Of a stretch of DNA of 64,000 nucleotides, positions 1-13,859 are shown in pieces. The number at the start of each line of letters is the position of its first letter. Positions within the stretch are counted from its first letter, which is position 1. This stretch comes from the human T2T-CHM13v2.0 reference genome, Homo sapiens, in the NCBI RefSeq assembly GCF_009914755.1, contig NC_060941.1. One strand, given 5' to 3'. The notes beneath the pieces are model-generated. The model worked only from the letters and a program-made list of their open reading frames with translations, was not told the origin of the DNA and ran no database searches. Position numbers and translations under genes: made by a program.

Positions 1-683
1 TCCACAAATTTCTAGGGCAGGGACAAAATGCCACCAGTCTCTTTGCTAAAACATAGCAAGAGTTGCTTTTACTTCATGTCCCAACAAGTTCCTTATCTCC
101 GCCTAAGATCACCTCAGCCTGGATTATATTGTCCACATGATTATCAGCATTTTGGTCAAAGCCATTCAGCAAGTCTCTAGGAAGTTCTAAACTTTCCCAC
201 ATCTTCCTGTCTTCTTCTGAGCCCTCCAAACAGTTCCAGATTCAGCCTGTTATCCAGTTCCAAAATCACTTTCACATTTTGGGTATCTTTATATCAGCAC
301 TCCACTCCTGGCACCAATTTACTGTATTACTCCTTTTTCATGATGCTGATAAAGACATATCTGGGACTGGATAATTTATGATGCAAAAGACGTTTCATGG
401 ACTCACGGTTCCACTTGGCTGGGGAGGCCTCACAATCATGGCAGAAGGTGAAAGGCACATCTTACATGGTGGCAGGCAAGAGAGAATGAGAGCCAAGTGA
501 AAGGGGATACCCCTTATAAAACCATCAGATCGTGTGAGACTTATTCATTACCACAAGAACAGTGTAGGGGAAACTGCCTCCATGATTCAATTTTCTCCCA
601 CTGGCTCCTCCCACAACACTTGGGAATTATGGCAGCCACAGTTGAAGATGAGATTTGGGTAGGAACACAGTCAAACCATATCA
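1..683 (-). mobile_element. THE1 (MaLR) LTR (323-683) with adjoining internal sequence (1-322)
   Basis: On the + strand the LTR runs TGTATTA..TGCTGATAAAGACATA..GGACTGG to AAACCATATCA, as in the reverse complement of THE1. The left neighbour ...GGCACCAATTTAC matches the start of the MaLR internal region. Confidence 0.8.
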
Positions 684-1235
684 CACCTGTTTTGGGCATT
701 TACCATGAATGGAGCTTGCAGGGCAGTAAGTTGTTTTGGGTGAGTCAGTGAGTAAGTAATGAGTGAATGTGAAGCCTAGGACATCACTGTATATATACTA
801 TTGTGGACTTTATAAACACTCTATACTTAGGATACACTAAATTTACTGAATATATTTTTGTTCCTTCAATAATAAATCTTAGCTTACTGTAACTTTTTTA
901 CTTTATAATCTTTTAAATATTCTTAAACTTTTAGACTCTTTTGTAATAACACTTGGCTTAAAACACCAAACAACAGTGTATAGCTATCCAAAAATACTTT
1001 ATGTCCTTACTGTATAAGCTTTTTTCTATTAAAAAGTTCTTTTTTTTACTTTTTAAACTTTTTTGTTAAAAACTAAGACCCAAACATACACATTAGCCTA
1101 GGCCTACATATCTTGATGACAACCATCGCGATGTCACTAGGCGATAGGAACTTTTCAGCTTCATTATATTCATATGGCACCACTGTCGTATATGTGGTCC
1201 ATAGTTAACCACAACATTGTTATATGGAGAATTAT
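684..1235. mobile_element. Tigger3/MER7-type DNA transposon fragment
   Basis: GACTTTATAAACACT..TACTTAGGATACACTAAATTT and the terminal-like ...CACCACTGTCGTATATGTGGTCCAT.. resemble the Tigger3 consensus as recalled. Confidence 0.6.
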
Positions 1236-1466
1236 GATAATTTAAACCTTTGAAGAATTTAGTTTTATGTCTATATATTATTCCCAATGTGATCACTAAC
1301 CTTGAAAGGAATTTGAGCTATGTTTTATCATTTTTAAATTATGAGACACAATACACATAGAAAAATCCACAAAACAAAAATATACAGCTCAGTAATTTAT
1401 TACAAAGCGGAACACCTGTGTAGGTATCACCTAGGTAAAGAAAGAGTATTACTAGTAACCCAATAG

Positions 1467-1920
<454 letters not shown>

Positions 1921-2713
1921 TGCTTTTCTTACTTCTTACCACTTAAGCGCATATCCCTGAATGTTGTAGTTTAAGTTTTTCTGTTTTCTGAACTTTATAT
2001 AAAATAAACAACATATTCAGTCTATGTCTTCCGTTTATGGGTTTTTTTCATTCAACATTATGTTTTTGAGATTGATTCAAGTAATTGTCAGTAGTTCTAG
2101 TTTGTTTCTATACCTGTACAGTAAGTGTATATTACAATTTTTCCTGTGGTGTACAATGACGTGGTGTACAGTAGTGTTTCTGTATGGCATACTGTAAGGT
2201 ATTTTTATGTAGTAAGTATATACGACTACTTATTTTACTGTTGATAGGATTTGGGGTTTTTTTCTAATTTGGGGGCTACTATGGGTAACAACACTTATGA
2301 ACATTCTTATATATATCTCCTGGTGCACATGTACAAGTATTTCCATTGTGTATATGTTCACAATGGCTTGGTGAGTCATAGAGTATAAATATCTTGAGCT
2401 TTAGTAGAAATTGCCAAACTCTTTTCCATAGTGATTATTATCAATTCACATTTCCACTAGCAGAGTATGATTGTTTACATTCCTGTACTTTTTTGCCAAC
2501 ACTTGCTATTTTCAGTCTTTGTAGTTTTAACCATTCTGGTGAGTATATAGTGATATTTCCTTGGGTTTTCGACTTTTTTCTCATGACTAATGAGATTGAT
2601 AGTCTCTCTTCTGAAGTGCCTGTTTAAGTCTTAAGCCAATTTATATATAGGCTGGTCTGTCTTTTTCTTATTGATTTGTAGGAGTTCCTTATGTATTCTG
2701 GATATGAGCCCTT

Positions 2714-2785
2714 TATGGCCATACCACCCTGAATGTGTCTGATTTCAGAAGCTAAGCAGGGTCTAGCCTGGTTAGTACTTGGATG
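2714..2785 (+). pseudogene. 5S rRNA pseudogene, 3'-truncated and tailless
   Basis: TATGGCCATACCACCCTGAA...GAAGCTAAGCAGGGTC..GCCTGGTTAGTACTTGGATG matches the 5' part of 5S rRNA with a ~10-nt internal deletion. Flanked by direct repeat ATATGAGCCCTT (2702-2713 / 2787-2798). Confidence 0.9.
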
Positions 2786-2918
2786 CATATGAGCCCTTCA
2801 TCAGTTACGCTTGTTGCTCTATCTTCTTTCCCTCTGTGGGTTAACTTAAATAGTCTTTTGGCAAATGCGAATTTTAAACTTTCACGTAGTTCAGTTTATT
2901 AAAATATTTCTATGATTA

Positions 2919-3291
<373 letters not shown>

Positions 3292-3306
3292 TTAAGAAGT
3301 GCTTCC

Positions 3307-3580
3307 CTTGCCCCGCCCCGCCGCGGGACTTGGGGCGGCGCTCTACTTCTGCGGAGAAGGATCGACGAGCTTTCCGGAGAAAGATCCGCGAGCTTTCCGG
3401 AGCCGGAGCCGGGGCGAGCAGCCAAAAGGCCCGCGGAGTCCCGCTGGGCCGCCCCGGAGGAGCAGCTGAACCGGGGGCCGCACCTGCCAGGCCGACGGGT
3501 CTGGCCCAGACTGGCGCCGAGGGGTTCGAGGGGTTCGTGTGCTGTGGAGACGCAGAGGATCCAGGCGGTGCGGTCTGAGT
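3307..3580 (+). promoter_or_regulatory. CpG-rich segment carried in as the IL6ST 5' UTR
   Basis: High GC and many CpGs, with GC boxes (CCCCGCCCC) at the start of the retrocopy, inside AT-rich flanks. Regulatory activity is not shown. Confidence 0.45.
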
Positions 3581-5942
3581 GAAAGCCAATGGAAAAAGTG
3601 TGACATTTAGAAGCAGAAGACTTAGCTTCAAATCCCTACTCTTTCACTTACTAATTTTGTGATTTGGAAATATCTGCGCAAGATGTTGACGTTGCAGACT
3701 TGGCTAGTGCCAGCTTTATTTTCCTCACCACTGAATCTATAGGTGAACTTCTAGATCCATGTGGTTATATCAGTCCCGAATCTCCAGTTGTACAACTTCA
3801 TTCTAATTTCACTGCAGTTTGTGTGCTAAAGGAAAAATGTATGGATTATTTTCATGTAAATGCTAATGACATTGTCTGGAAAACAAACCATTTTGCTATT
3901 CTTAAGGAGCAATATATTATCATAAACAGAACAGCATCCAGTGTCACCTTTACACATATAGCTTCATTAAATATTCAACTCCCTTGCAACATTCTTACAT
4001 TCAGACAGCTTGAACAGAATGTTTATGGAATCACAATAATTTCAGGCTTGCCTCCAGAAAAACCTAAAAATTTGAGTTGCATTGTGAATGAGGGAAACAA
4101 AATGAGGTGTGAGTGGGATCGTGGAAGGGAAACACACTTGGAGACAAACTTCACTTTAAACTCTGAATGGGCAACACACAAGTTTGCTGATTGCAACCAA
4201 AATGTGACACCCCCACCTCATGCACCATTGATTATTCTACTGTGTATTTTGTCAACATTGAAGTCTGGGTAGAAGCAGAGAATGCCCTTGGGAAGGCTAC
4301 ATCAGATCATATCAATTTTGATGCTGTATATAAAGTGAAGCCTAATCTGCCACATAATTTATCAGTGATCAACTCAGAGGAACTGTCTAGTATCTTAAAC
4401 TGTTTGCTTAGCATTCCTATTGACAACTTTTCTGGGAGTGCTGTTCTGCTTTAATAAGCGAGACCTAATTAAAAAACACATCTGGCCTAACGTTCCAGAT
4501 CCTTCAAAGAGTCATATTGCCCAGTGGTCACCTCACACTCCTTCAAGGCACAATTTTAATGCAAAAGATCAAATGTATTCAGATGGCAATTTCACTGATG
4601 TAGGTTTTGTGGAAATAGAAGCAAATGACAAAAAGCCTTTTGCAGAAGATCTGAAATCATTAGACCTGTTCAAAAAGGAAAAAATTAATACTGAAGGACA
4701 CGGCAGTGGTATTGGGGGGGTCTTTATGCATGTCATCTTCTAGGCCAAGCATTTCTAGCAGTGATGAAAATGAATCTTCACACAACACTTCGAACACTGT
4801 CCAGTATTCTGCTGTGGTACACAGTGGCTACAGACACCAAGTTCCATCAGTCCAGGTCTTCTCAAGATCCAAGTCCACCCAGCCCTTGTTAGATTCAGAG
4901 GAGAGGCCAAAAGATCTACAATTAGTAGATCATGCAGATGGCGGTGATGGCATTTTGCCCAGGCAACACTACTTCAAACAGAACTGCAGTCAGCATGAAT
5001 CCAGTCCAGATATTTCACATTTTGAAAGGTCAAAGCAAGTTTCATCAGTCAATGAGGAAGATTTTGTTAGACTTAAACAACAGATTTCAGATCATATTTC
5101 ACAATCCTGTGGATCTGGGCAAATGAAAATGTTTCAGAAAGTTTCTGCAGCAGATAGATACTTTTGGTCCAGGTACTGAGGGACTAGTAGAAAGATCTGA
5201 AACAGTTGGGATGGAGGCTGTGATTGATGAAGGAATGCCTAAAAGTTACCACAGACTGTACGGCAAGGCAGCTACATGCATCAGTGAAGGACTAGTAGTT
5301 CCTGCTACAACTTCAGCAGTACCTATAAAGTAAAGCTAAAATTATTTTATCTGTGAATTCAGATTTTAAAAAGTCTTCACTCTCTGAAGATGATCATTTG
5401 TCCTTAAGGACAAAAATGAACTGAAGTTTCACATGAGCTATTTCCATTCCAGAATATCTGGGATTCTACTTTAAGCACTACATAAACTGACTTTATCCTC
5501 AGATTAGCTGAATGATTTTGTGCTGTTTCAGGATGTTTGCACTGAAGAAAAACAGAAAGCTTATCTGAAATTTATAAAACTTTTTGTTTTGCTACATAGA
5601 AAACAGAAGGTATTTAAATAATAAGCAGTGATATGCTTAGCGAGCACAGCTATACTGATTTTGATTAGAATAGTCATCAAAGTAGCTTAGGGACAGTTAA
5701 TATAAAAGATTAGAGGAGCAAGGTCTAGACCATCTACTTCTGCTAAAATAATTTAAAAAGAGGTCCATAGGCCCTAACTATATGAGCCCAGCTTTTGTAA
5801 TCTGACAAAAAAAATGAGGAGCAGCCTCGTGTATATCAATGTACAAAATATTCCTTAGGTCCCTTCCATTGGTGGTGATGCTGCCAGTTATTACTGGAGA
5901 AAAGGAATTCTAGAGCTTTAACTTGGCAGATTAAAAGTACTC

Positions 5943-6244
<302 letters not shown>

Positions 6245-6495
6245 TAAAAGTACTCATTTTTTATTCATCAATAATTAGTAATCTGACTCGTTTCAAAAAT
6301 TTGTTTATTATTGACAACCTCTTTGAAGATCCATTTCACAAACTCAACAGAGTGCCACGATTAAGAGCTAGGGATCCCCCAAACTACCTCAAGCATCTAA
6401 AAAATTGCCATTTTTTAAAGGCTTAAATTGTAGTAGTAAAGGGGGAAAAAACCCATAAATCATCTAAAAAATTGCCATTTTTAAAGGCTTAAATT

Positions 6496-6503
6496 GTGTG
6501 TGT

Positions 6504-6542
<39 letters not shown>
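6496..6542. repeat. (TG)n/(CA)n microsatellite
   Basis: Visible directly; ends about 15 nt before the MEIS3 TSD. Confidence 0.95.
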
Positions 6543-6543
<1 letters not shown>

Positions 6544-6569
6544 CATTGACCTTTCTTAAGACTTCAGAG

Positions 6570-7330
6570 GGTGGAACTTCCGGATGTGACCACAGAGAGG
6601 AAGAGACCGGGAACGCGGAGCGCGGCCGCCAGCACCCCCGAGCCGCCGCCGGACCCCCGCCGCCCCGGGCCGCCCCCCGCCCCCCGCGGTCCCAGGTCTG
6701 TCCGTCTGGGGACGGCTCGATTCCCCGCAGAGCCGGGGGAGGGACGGGGGCGCCCAGGGGAGGGGGCCTCGGGCGCCCCGCCCGCGCCTGCTGCCCCGTC
6801 CCGGCGGTAATGCGCTCCCGGCCGTGACCCCCGCTGGGGGCGGGGGCCGGGATCCATGCGCGGAGCCCCCACCCGGCCCGGCGCCTGCGGCTGACGGCGG
6901 CGGGGGTTGGGGGGCGCGCGTCTGGCCTCCTGCCCACCCCCTGGCGTCGACATCACGGGCCGTCGGGGGCTGCGCCCTACCCCGCGGCCAGGCTCTGGAG
7001 GGACCCTGGAGGTGCCGCCGGCCTCAGCCCATGGCCCAAAGGTACGATGAGCTGCCGCACTACCCAGGCATCGCGGATGGCCCCGCAGCCCTGGCTGGCT
7101 TCCCAGAGGCAGTGCCCGCGGCACCAGGGCCCTATGGCCCTCACCGGCCTCCCCAGCCCCTACCCCCAGGCTTGGACAGCGACGGCCTGAAGAGGGACAA
7201 GGATGAGATCTATGGACACCCGCTCTTCCCCGTCTTGGCCCTGGTCTTTGAGAAATGTGAACTGGCTACATGCTCTCCCCGTGATGGGGCCGGAGCTGGG
7301 CTGGGGACACCCCGCGGCGGCGACGTCTGC
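6570..7330 (+). promoter_or_regulatory. CpG island of the MEIS3 retrocopy
   Basis: Very GC- and CpG-rich. ETS/GABP-type ACTTCCGG at 6576-6583 and several GC boxes. Confidence 0.6.
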
Positions 7331-8107
7331 TCCTCTGATTCCTTCAACGAGGACAACACTGCCTTCGCCAAGCAGGTTCGCTCTGAGAGGCCCTTCTTCT
7401 CCTCCAACCCAGAACTGGACAATCTGATGATCCAGGCAATCCAAGTGCTGCGGTTCCACCTGCTAGAGCTGGAGAAGGGAAAGATGCCCATCGACCTGGT
7501 CATCGAGGATCGGGATGGCGGCTGCAGGGAGGACTTCGAGGACTACCCAGCCTCCTGCCCCAGCCTCCCAGACCAGAATAATATATGGATTCGAGACCAT
7601 GAGGATAGCGGGTCTGTACATTTGGGGACCCCAGGTCCATCCAGCGGGGGGCTGGCCTCCCAGAGTGGGGACAACTCCAGTGACCAAGGAGTCGGGCTGG
7701 ACACCAGCGTGGCCTCTCCCAGTTCTGGTGGAGAAGATGAGGACTTGGACCAGGAGCCACGGCGAAACAAGAAGAGGGGGATCTTCCCCAAGGTGGCCAC
7801 CAACATCATGCGAGCCTGGTTGTTCCAGCACCTCTCACACCCGTACCCCTCGGAGGAGCAGAAGAAACAGCTGGCGCAGGACACGGGGCTCACCATCCTG
7901 CAAGTCAACAACTGGTTCATTAATGCCCGGAGACGCATCGTGCAACCTATGATCGATCAAACCAACCGCACAGGGCAGGGTGCAGCCTTCAGCCCAGAGG
8001 GCCAGCCCATCGGGGGCTATACCGAGACAGAGCCACACGTGGCCTTCCGGGCTCCAGCATCAGTGGGGATGAGTTTGAACTCGGAAGGAGAATGGCATTA
8101 TCTATAG
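7031..8107 (+). CDS. MEIS3P2: Intact 358-aa Meis3-like TALE homeodomain ORF (translation unproven)
   Basis: CCC ATG G at 7031, no stop until TAG ending at 8107. Meis motifs [15 protein letters not shown] and [25 protein letters not shown] homeodomain KKRGIFPK...HPYPSEEQK...WFINARRR at ~7769-7936. Confidence 0.7.
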   Translation: MAQRYDELPHYPGIADGPAALAGFPEAVPAAPGPYGPHRPPQPLPPGLDSDGLKRDKDEIYGHPLFPVLALVFEKCELATCSPRDGAGAGLGTPRGGDVCSSDSFNEDNTAFAKQVRSERPFFSSNPELDNLMIQAIQVLRFHLLELEKGKMPIDLVIEDRDGGCREDFEDYPASCPSLPDQNNIWIRDHEDSGSVHLGTPGPSSGGLASQSGDNSSDQGVGLDTSVASPSSGGEDEDLDQEPRRNKKRGIFPKVATNIMRAWLFQHLSHPYPSEEQKKQLAQDTGLTILQVNNWFINARRRIVQPMIDQTNRTGQGAAFSPEGQPIGGYTETEPHVAFRAPASVGMSLNSEGEWHYL

Positions 8108-9127
8108 AGGCTGATGCGGGAGAGACCCAGCCTCCGGCTGTGACCCCCAGCCTCACACCTGGCTCTGGTTCCCGCCTGGTCCTCTGGCTTCAGGATCCCA
8201 CCTCCAAAGGCCTCTCCGCTCAACGCCTACCTCCCTAGGGCCCTGCTGGGACATGGGGGCCTGAGTGCCCACCCAAGGGGCTCTCAAGGACACCGGCAAG
8301 GCCTCCAGGCTCTGAGCCCCGCTTCTGCCTTCACCTCTGCCTGGGACCCGAGCTGGGCTCCTGGGCCTTGGTCCCCAGAAGATGGCAGCTAGGGCCTCGC
8401 CGCGAGGACAGAGAAGGGACAGGGTGGCTGGGCAGTCAGGGAAGGAGGGTCGCCCGGATCCGACATTTTGGAGAGATTCTTTCACCCTCCTGTCCCCCCC
8501 ACCTCCCTTCTCTAATTTCTTCTTTTTTTAATGATAAAGTCTTAAAACACAGAAAAAAAAAAGACTTCAGAGAATTAGGTAGATGAAGCACTTTATACAG
8601 TATATATCTTCAGCTTAAATTTGTTTTGAGTATTTTTTTTATTTTTAAGTAGGCAAAGATTTAAAATTTTTTATTTTTAGTAAATGTTTGAAGCAAACTA
8701 AAAAGACGTGGGCAATATTTACCAAAACAAAACAGAACCCAAAAAATTGTACATCTTGATCTTAGCAAATATCCTTATTGTAGAGACACTTAATAAAGAG
8801 ATGGTATTTTAATATCTGCAGTTCTGAGGTAGGGTGTAACTTAGTTCTACATTGTGATTTAGGAATTTTTAAACCTTTCTTCTTCAGGGGAGAAGTGACC
8901 CAGGCCTCGAGTTTAGTGCTAAAGCCACTAGTGTACTTATGCTGTCACCTAACCACCACATGCGACATGGAGGCAGAGGCTAAATATAGGGGCTTTCTTA
9001 AGAAAGTGAGAGGAAATTAGCAAGCATTATTAGTGTTTGACTACTGCTATCAAGTGAATTCAAAGGAAACAGGTTTTTATGCCATATTTAAGTTACAGAA
9101 ACCAGGCATGCTTAGAATAGTTTCTAA

Positions 9128-9170
9128 GGTGACAGAGTGAGACTCCATCTCAAAAAAAAAAAAAAAAAAA
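9128..9170 (+). mobile_element. Extremely 5'-truncated Alu (last 24 nt plus A-tail)
   Basis: GGTGACAGAGTGAGACTCCATCTC followed by an A run. TSD AGAATAGTTTCTA at 9114-9126 and 9171-9183. Confidence 0.9.
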
Positions 9171-12100
9171 AGAATAGTTTCTAGAGGTTATTGGAGAATA
9201 GAAAGCTAAGAAAACTTGGTATACATTTACAATTGAAATATAATTACACTTTTTACTCTCAGAATATTATTCAGATTAGACTTCCTGTTTATCTTTTATA
9301 TTCTTGCATTGATATAATGCCTGATCCTTCAAAGTTCTTTCACATATTATATGATCTTCTTTATGAAAAAAAGTAGATGCTTTATTCTGATATATTCAGT
9401 TTCCCACTTTAGGCAAAAGTGGATTAATAGAATGATGAATTCAAAGTAGATGAGGAAAATCAGGCACAGAGAAGTAAAGGTAGGTACAGACCCAAATTCA
9501 CACAAGATAATGACATCACCAGCGTTTAAGTTGATCATCAAAGGCTGGGCTGGATTTGTCTTGCTGTATGTGTCAGGAAATTTATACCTATTACATTTTC
9601 CATTTTCTCAAAATAAGTCACATGATTGTAATGTTTAGCTGCAACTTTTCTCCTAATAAATAGTGTCATGAAGAATGTTATAGTGCGAAGTTTGTACATT
9701 TCAGGGTCAGTTATACAATGTGAACTCTTTATCTACGGGAATGAGAATGGAGGATCATTGAAGGCCATGATATAAACAAATTTGCATGTTGAAGCCTGTA
9801 TAAAACATGGTACAGTGAGTGAATGCCCCCATCCCCAAGAACACTTTATACATATTAAATGGATATATGATTACTGTGCAAAAATTCATTCTGGAAATGA
9901 ACATATATTTGAGCACTAATATGTAATGTACATCTTCTGCCCTAAGGAGAAAATAAATCATAAAACTTGTTTTACATTCAAAATTACTTTCCCGAGCATG
10001 TCTTAGAGTAATCTACGTGTTGATGTATGTAAATTGTATTTTAGGTAGGCAAAGAAACAAGTCTGGTTATTTATGTAAAAACTAGTCTAATAAAGTGAGT
10101 GGCTTTATCACTTTGAATCTTTAGTGTCTAAAAGTGGTGTTTAAAGTAATACTAGCACATCAGAAAACCTTGTGTGGACAAAACTAGTTCACTCACTGCT
10201 TCTGCAACTGCAGTTCCTCCCCTTAGGTTATAAAAAAAAAGGACCCAAATGTTACATGTGTTGATATTATGACTTGTCAGTTACTGATGTCTGTGGTATC
10301 CTACCCTCGTCTCTGAAACGGATAATACTGAATAATTATTAGAAAACTACAAGACTTCACACTTTGTACCATTAAAACCTAAAATTTTAATCCTATCCTT
10401 TTTTATTACAGATCAATCAGCACTCAGGAACAGAGCAGCAAGGAAAAAAAGGAAATTTCATTCATATGTTCTGTGTTCATATCTCTTCAGTACCTAATTG
10501 TTCATTTAATTTCAGCCTTATTCCTTCATAAGGGGTTTTACCACATGAAGTCATCCGATGACCCTAGCTCTTATTGTGAAGTTGAAGATGACTGGAGTAT
10601 ACTTACAAATGTTACAACTTAAAAATGTTACAAAACATTTATTAAAGCTCATATTTAAAGTAGAGCATCTAGTTTGAGAAGTAGACATCAATTATTAAAG
10701 ATGTCTTTTTTCTCCCCATTTAACTAGTTAAAACCATGACGTGTAAATGTAGAAGTAGAATAATCATATGGAATTCCCTAAAATATTTCTGTTTACTAAC
10801 ATATATTGACCAAGTACATCAAGCAGGAGAGCTCTTCCTTCATTCTGTTATAGTCCACATCATTCTAATTTTGCTCAGTTGTTATTAAAAGCATATTCCT
10901 AAACCATACACTTTTGTTTCAATAAAGTTTTATTTTGTTGGGATGAATAAAATATCAAAGTTATAAGCTACATGAGACAAAAGTTCAATTGTTCAAAAAA
11001 TTTACTGGGACAGCTTTCTATTATAGGTATTGTTAAATTATATTGCTCTGATAAGATTACTTTCTTTAAAAAGTTTGTACTTTTCTGTAAATTGAAAGAA
11101 TATGGAGTCATAAAATGGCAAGTGTTTTAGGGTTAGCGTAAAATTGGGCATTGTCATTGATTTCATAGATGATATAAACTAGCAGGCTTACAGCCTAATT
11201 CTTCTTTGGACTGGTCTTTGGCAGCAGTTCCTTTTCAGACTCAATAAACAGAATTCAGACAGATGTAAGTCAAAACAAAACTTTACAAAGCCAAGTGTAT
11301 TATCTTTTGCATTAACCTATTTTTTCCATCATACATGCTACTAGTATGTGCATTAGCATGATATTCTCATATACATTGCATTAAAAATTAAAAGGTAGCA
11401 GCTCAGGGTGAGCTCTTCTGTCATTCATTTGTTCCTAAATTTTTAAGGGCTTTTTCTCAGTCAATATTTGTATAAACTGGGTAGTTTAACTTCATTACCC
11501 ATTTCATTAAAGTTGATGGATTGTGATGAGATGCATTTAAGGCCAATAGTGACAGATTTTTTTTTAATCTCTTGAACACAAGCTTTGAATGATAACTACA
11601 GGTTTTAAGTGCTGTTAACATTAATACCATAATGTGATGTGTTAGAACCAAAGGGATATTTTAAAGGTAGATATCTGAAAATTCTCTAGTCTCAATGTAT
11701 ATATGTATTGAATATACTCTAAAAATAAATGTGCAATTTGCTAGTAGGACAATGCAGTGATTAGCATTAGGTATGTTTCTTCTTTTATATCCTAGCTATG
11801 TCCCACTTTCTTCTAAGTGCAATCCTTTCATGTTCACTTGTTGTTTTACCCCATCTACTCTAACTTCAGTTGGAAGCCTTGTCTAGAGTATAGTATGTGT
11901 TTTTACCTTTGCAGTGAATTGCATGTGCTAATTGTAACCACAGCTATTTTTATGTTGACATAACTCCAAGTGTTATATTAAATGTTCTATTTTATATTAG
12001 CTCTAATCCCTTAAGTAAATTTTAAGAAATAAATTCTTGTTCAAAAAAAAAAAAAAAAAAAAGAAGTGCTTCCTTGTCCTAAGGTCATGACAACTTTCAT

Positions 12101-12206
12101 GTAAGTTAACTTAAATATGGAAGCTTTATTGGCTTGCCTTTAACATTTAATTTAGATCTACAATGCCCATGGAACTAATTTTTTCTGAATATGTTTGGTT
12201 GAATGA

Positions 12207-12514
<308 letters not shown>

Positions 12515-13272
12515 GAAGGCTTATTTTTTTCCATATTGATATCCAGTTGTCTTATCACTTTTTAGTGAAAAGACCATCCTTTCTTGTGCAGTGCCACCTT
12601 AACTATAAATTAAGTGTTCATAAAATGGGTGTCTATTTCTGGGCCTTCTCTTCTTTGCCATTGATTTCTTTTTCTATTACTTACCAGTATTCTATTAATA
12701 TCCAGTAGAGCAAATCTTTCAATCTTGTTTTTCTTCTTAAAGATTAAGTTTTTGGTTATTCTTGGTCTTTAGTGTTTCCATATAAATGTCATTTATTAAG
12801 TATTTTTGCAATTTGATTTCCAACTTAATTGCTCTGTAGTAAGAAAACATACTTTGTATGATTTCAGTCCTTTTAAATTTGAGAGGTTTTTAGTGTATCT
12901 CAACATGTGGTAAATTTTAATAAATATTCTGTGTCTTCTTGAAAAGGATATATCTCCAAAAAAAGTTTTAATTTGAAAGATGTTCTATATATAAGTAGAA
13001 AAATAAGAGGAAACTCAGATCACAAAATATAGAAATGTCTATGGGGCAAAGAAAAATGCCAGAAACTTACCAAACTGTCTTAAGTGCAGGCTTCATCGCT
13101 GATCCCTGGCATAATACTCCTTCGCACAGAACTCCATAAGTATGTGCTGATGTTTTTAGGTATCAAAGTCATGTGACTTAGCATTACTTGAGACAAAATA
13201 TTTTTTTCTTTTGCCTTGGGTGTACCAGCTGTTGGCTAATAACTCCAAGAATAGGATGTTATTAAACTTTAG

Positions 13273-13446
<174 letters not shown>

Positions 13447-13515
13447 TAAGGATCAGGTATGAAATTTTTTTATGCTTTTCCTCTTTGTGTTTCTCTTTAA
13501 GAAATGTAGAATTCG

Positions 13516-13859
<344 letters not shown>

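Larger units (their letters stand above)
6570..8562 (+). pseudogene. MEIS3P2: MEIS3 processed retrocopy nested in the IL6ST pseudogene (MEIS3P2/MEIS3P1 family; which paralog cannot be proven here)
   Basis: Intronless MEIS3 mRNA copy with GC-rich 5' UTR, GATAAA at 8533-8538 and short poly-A at 8553-8562. TSD AAGACTTCAGAG at 6558-6569 and 8561-8572, preceded by TT. Confidence 0.9.

Noticed and set aside
3664-4454. A functional soluble gp130 (D1-D2) protein from the IL6ST copy
   Set aside because: The native ATG (3683) is out of frame with the ectodomain because of a signal-peptide frameshift. The listed 202-aa ORF starts at TTG and frameshifts again near 4197.
6394-6497. ~37-bp direct repeat CATCTAAAAAATTGCCATTTTT(T)AAAGGCTTAAATTGT as a TSD of another insertion
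   Set aside because: Too long for a TPRT TSD and the spacer is only ~29 nt. Probably inherited from the parental IL6ST UTR (not verified).
6824-7030. 69-aa N-terminal extension of the Meis3-like ORF (427 aa)
   Set aside because: GTG start in a GC-rich 5' UTR where stops are rare; MEIS homology begins at ATG 7031.
6464-8485. Overlapping antisense and alternative-frame ORFs over the MEIS3 copy
   Set aside because: Expected shadows of GC-rich coding sequence; no recognisable domains.
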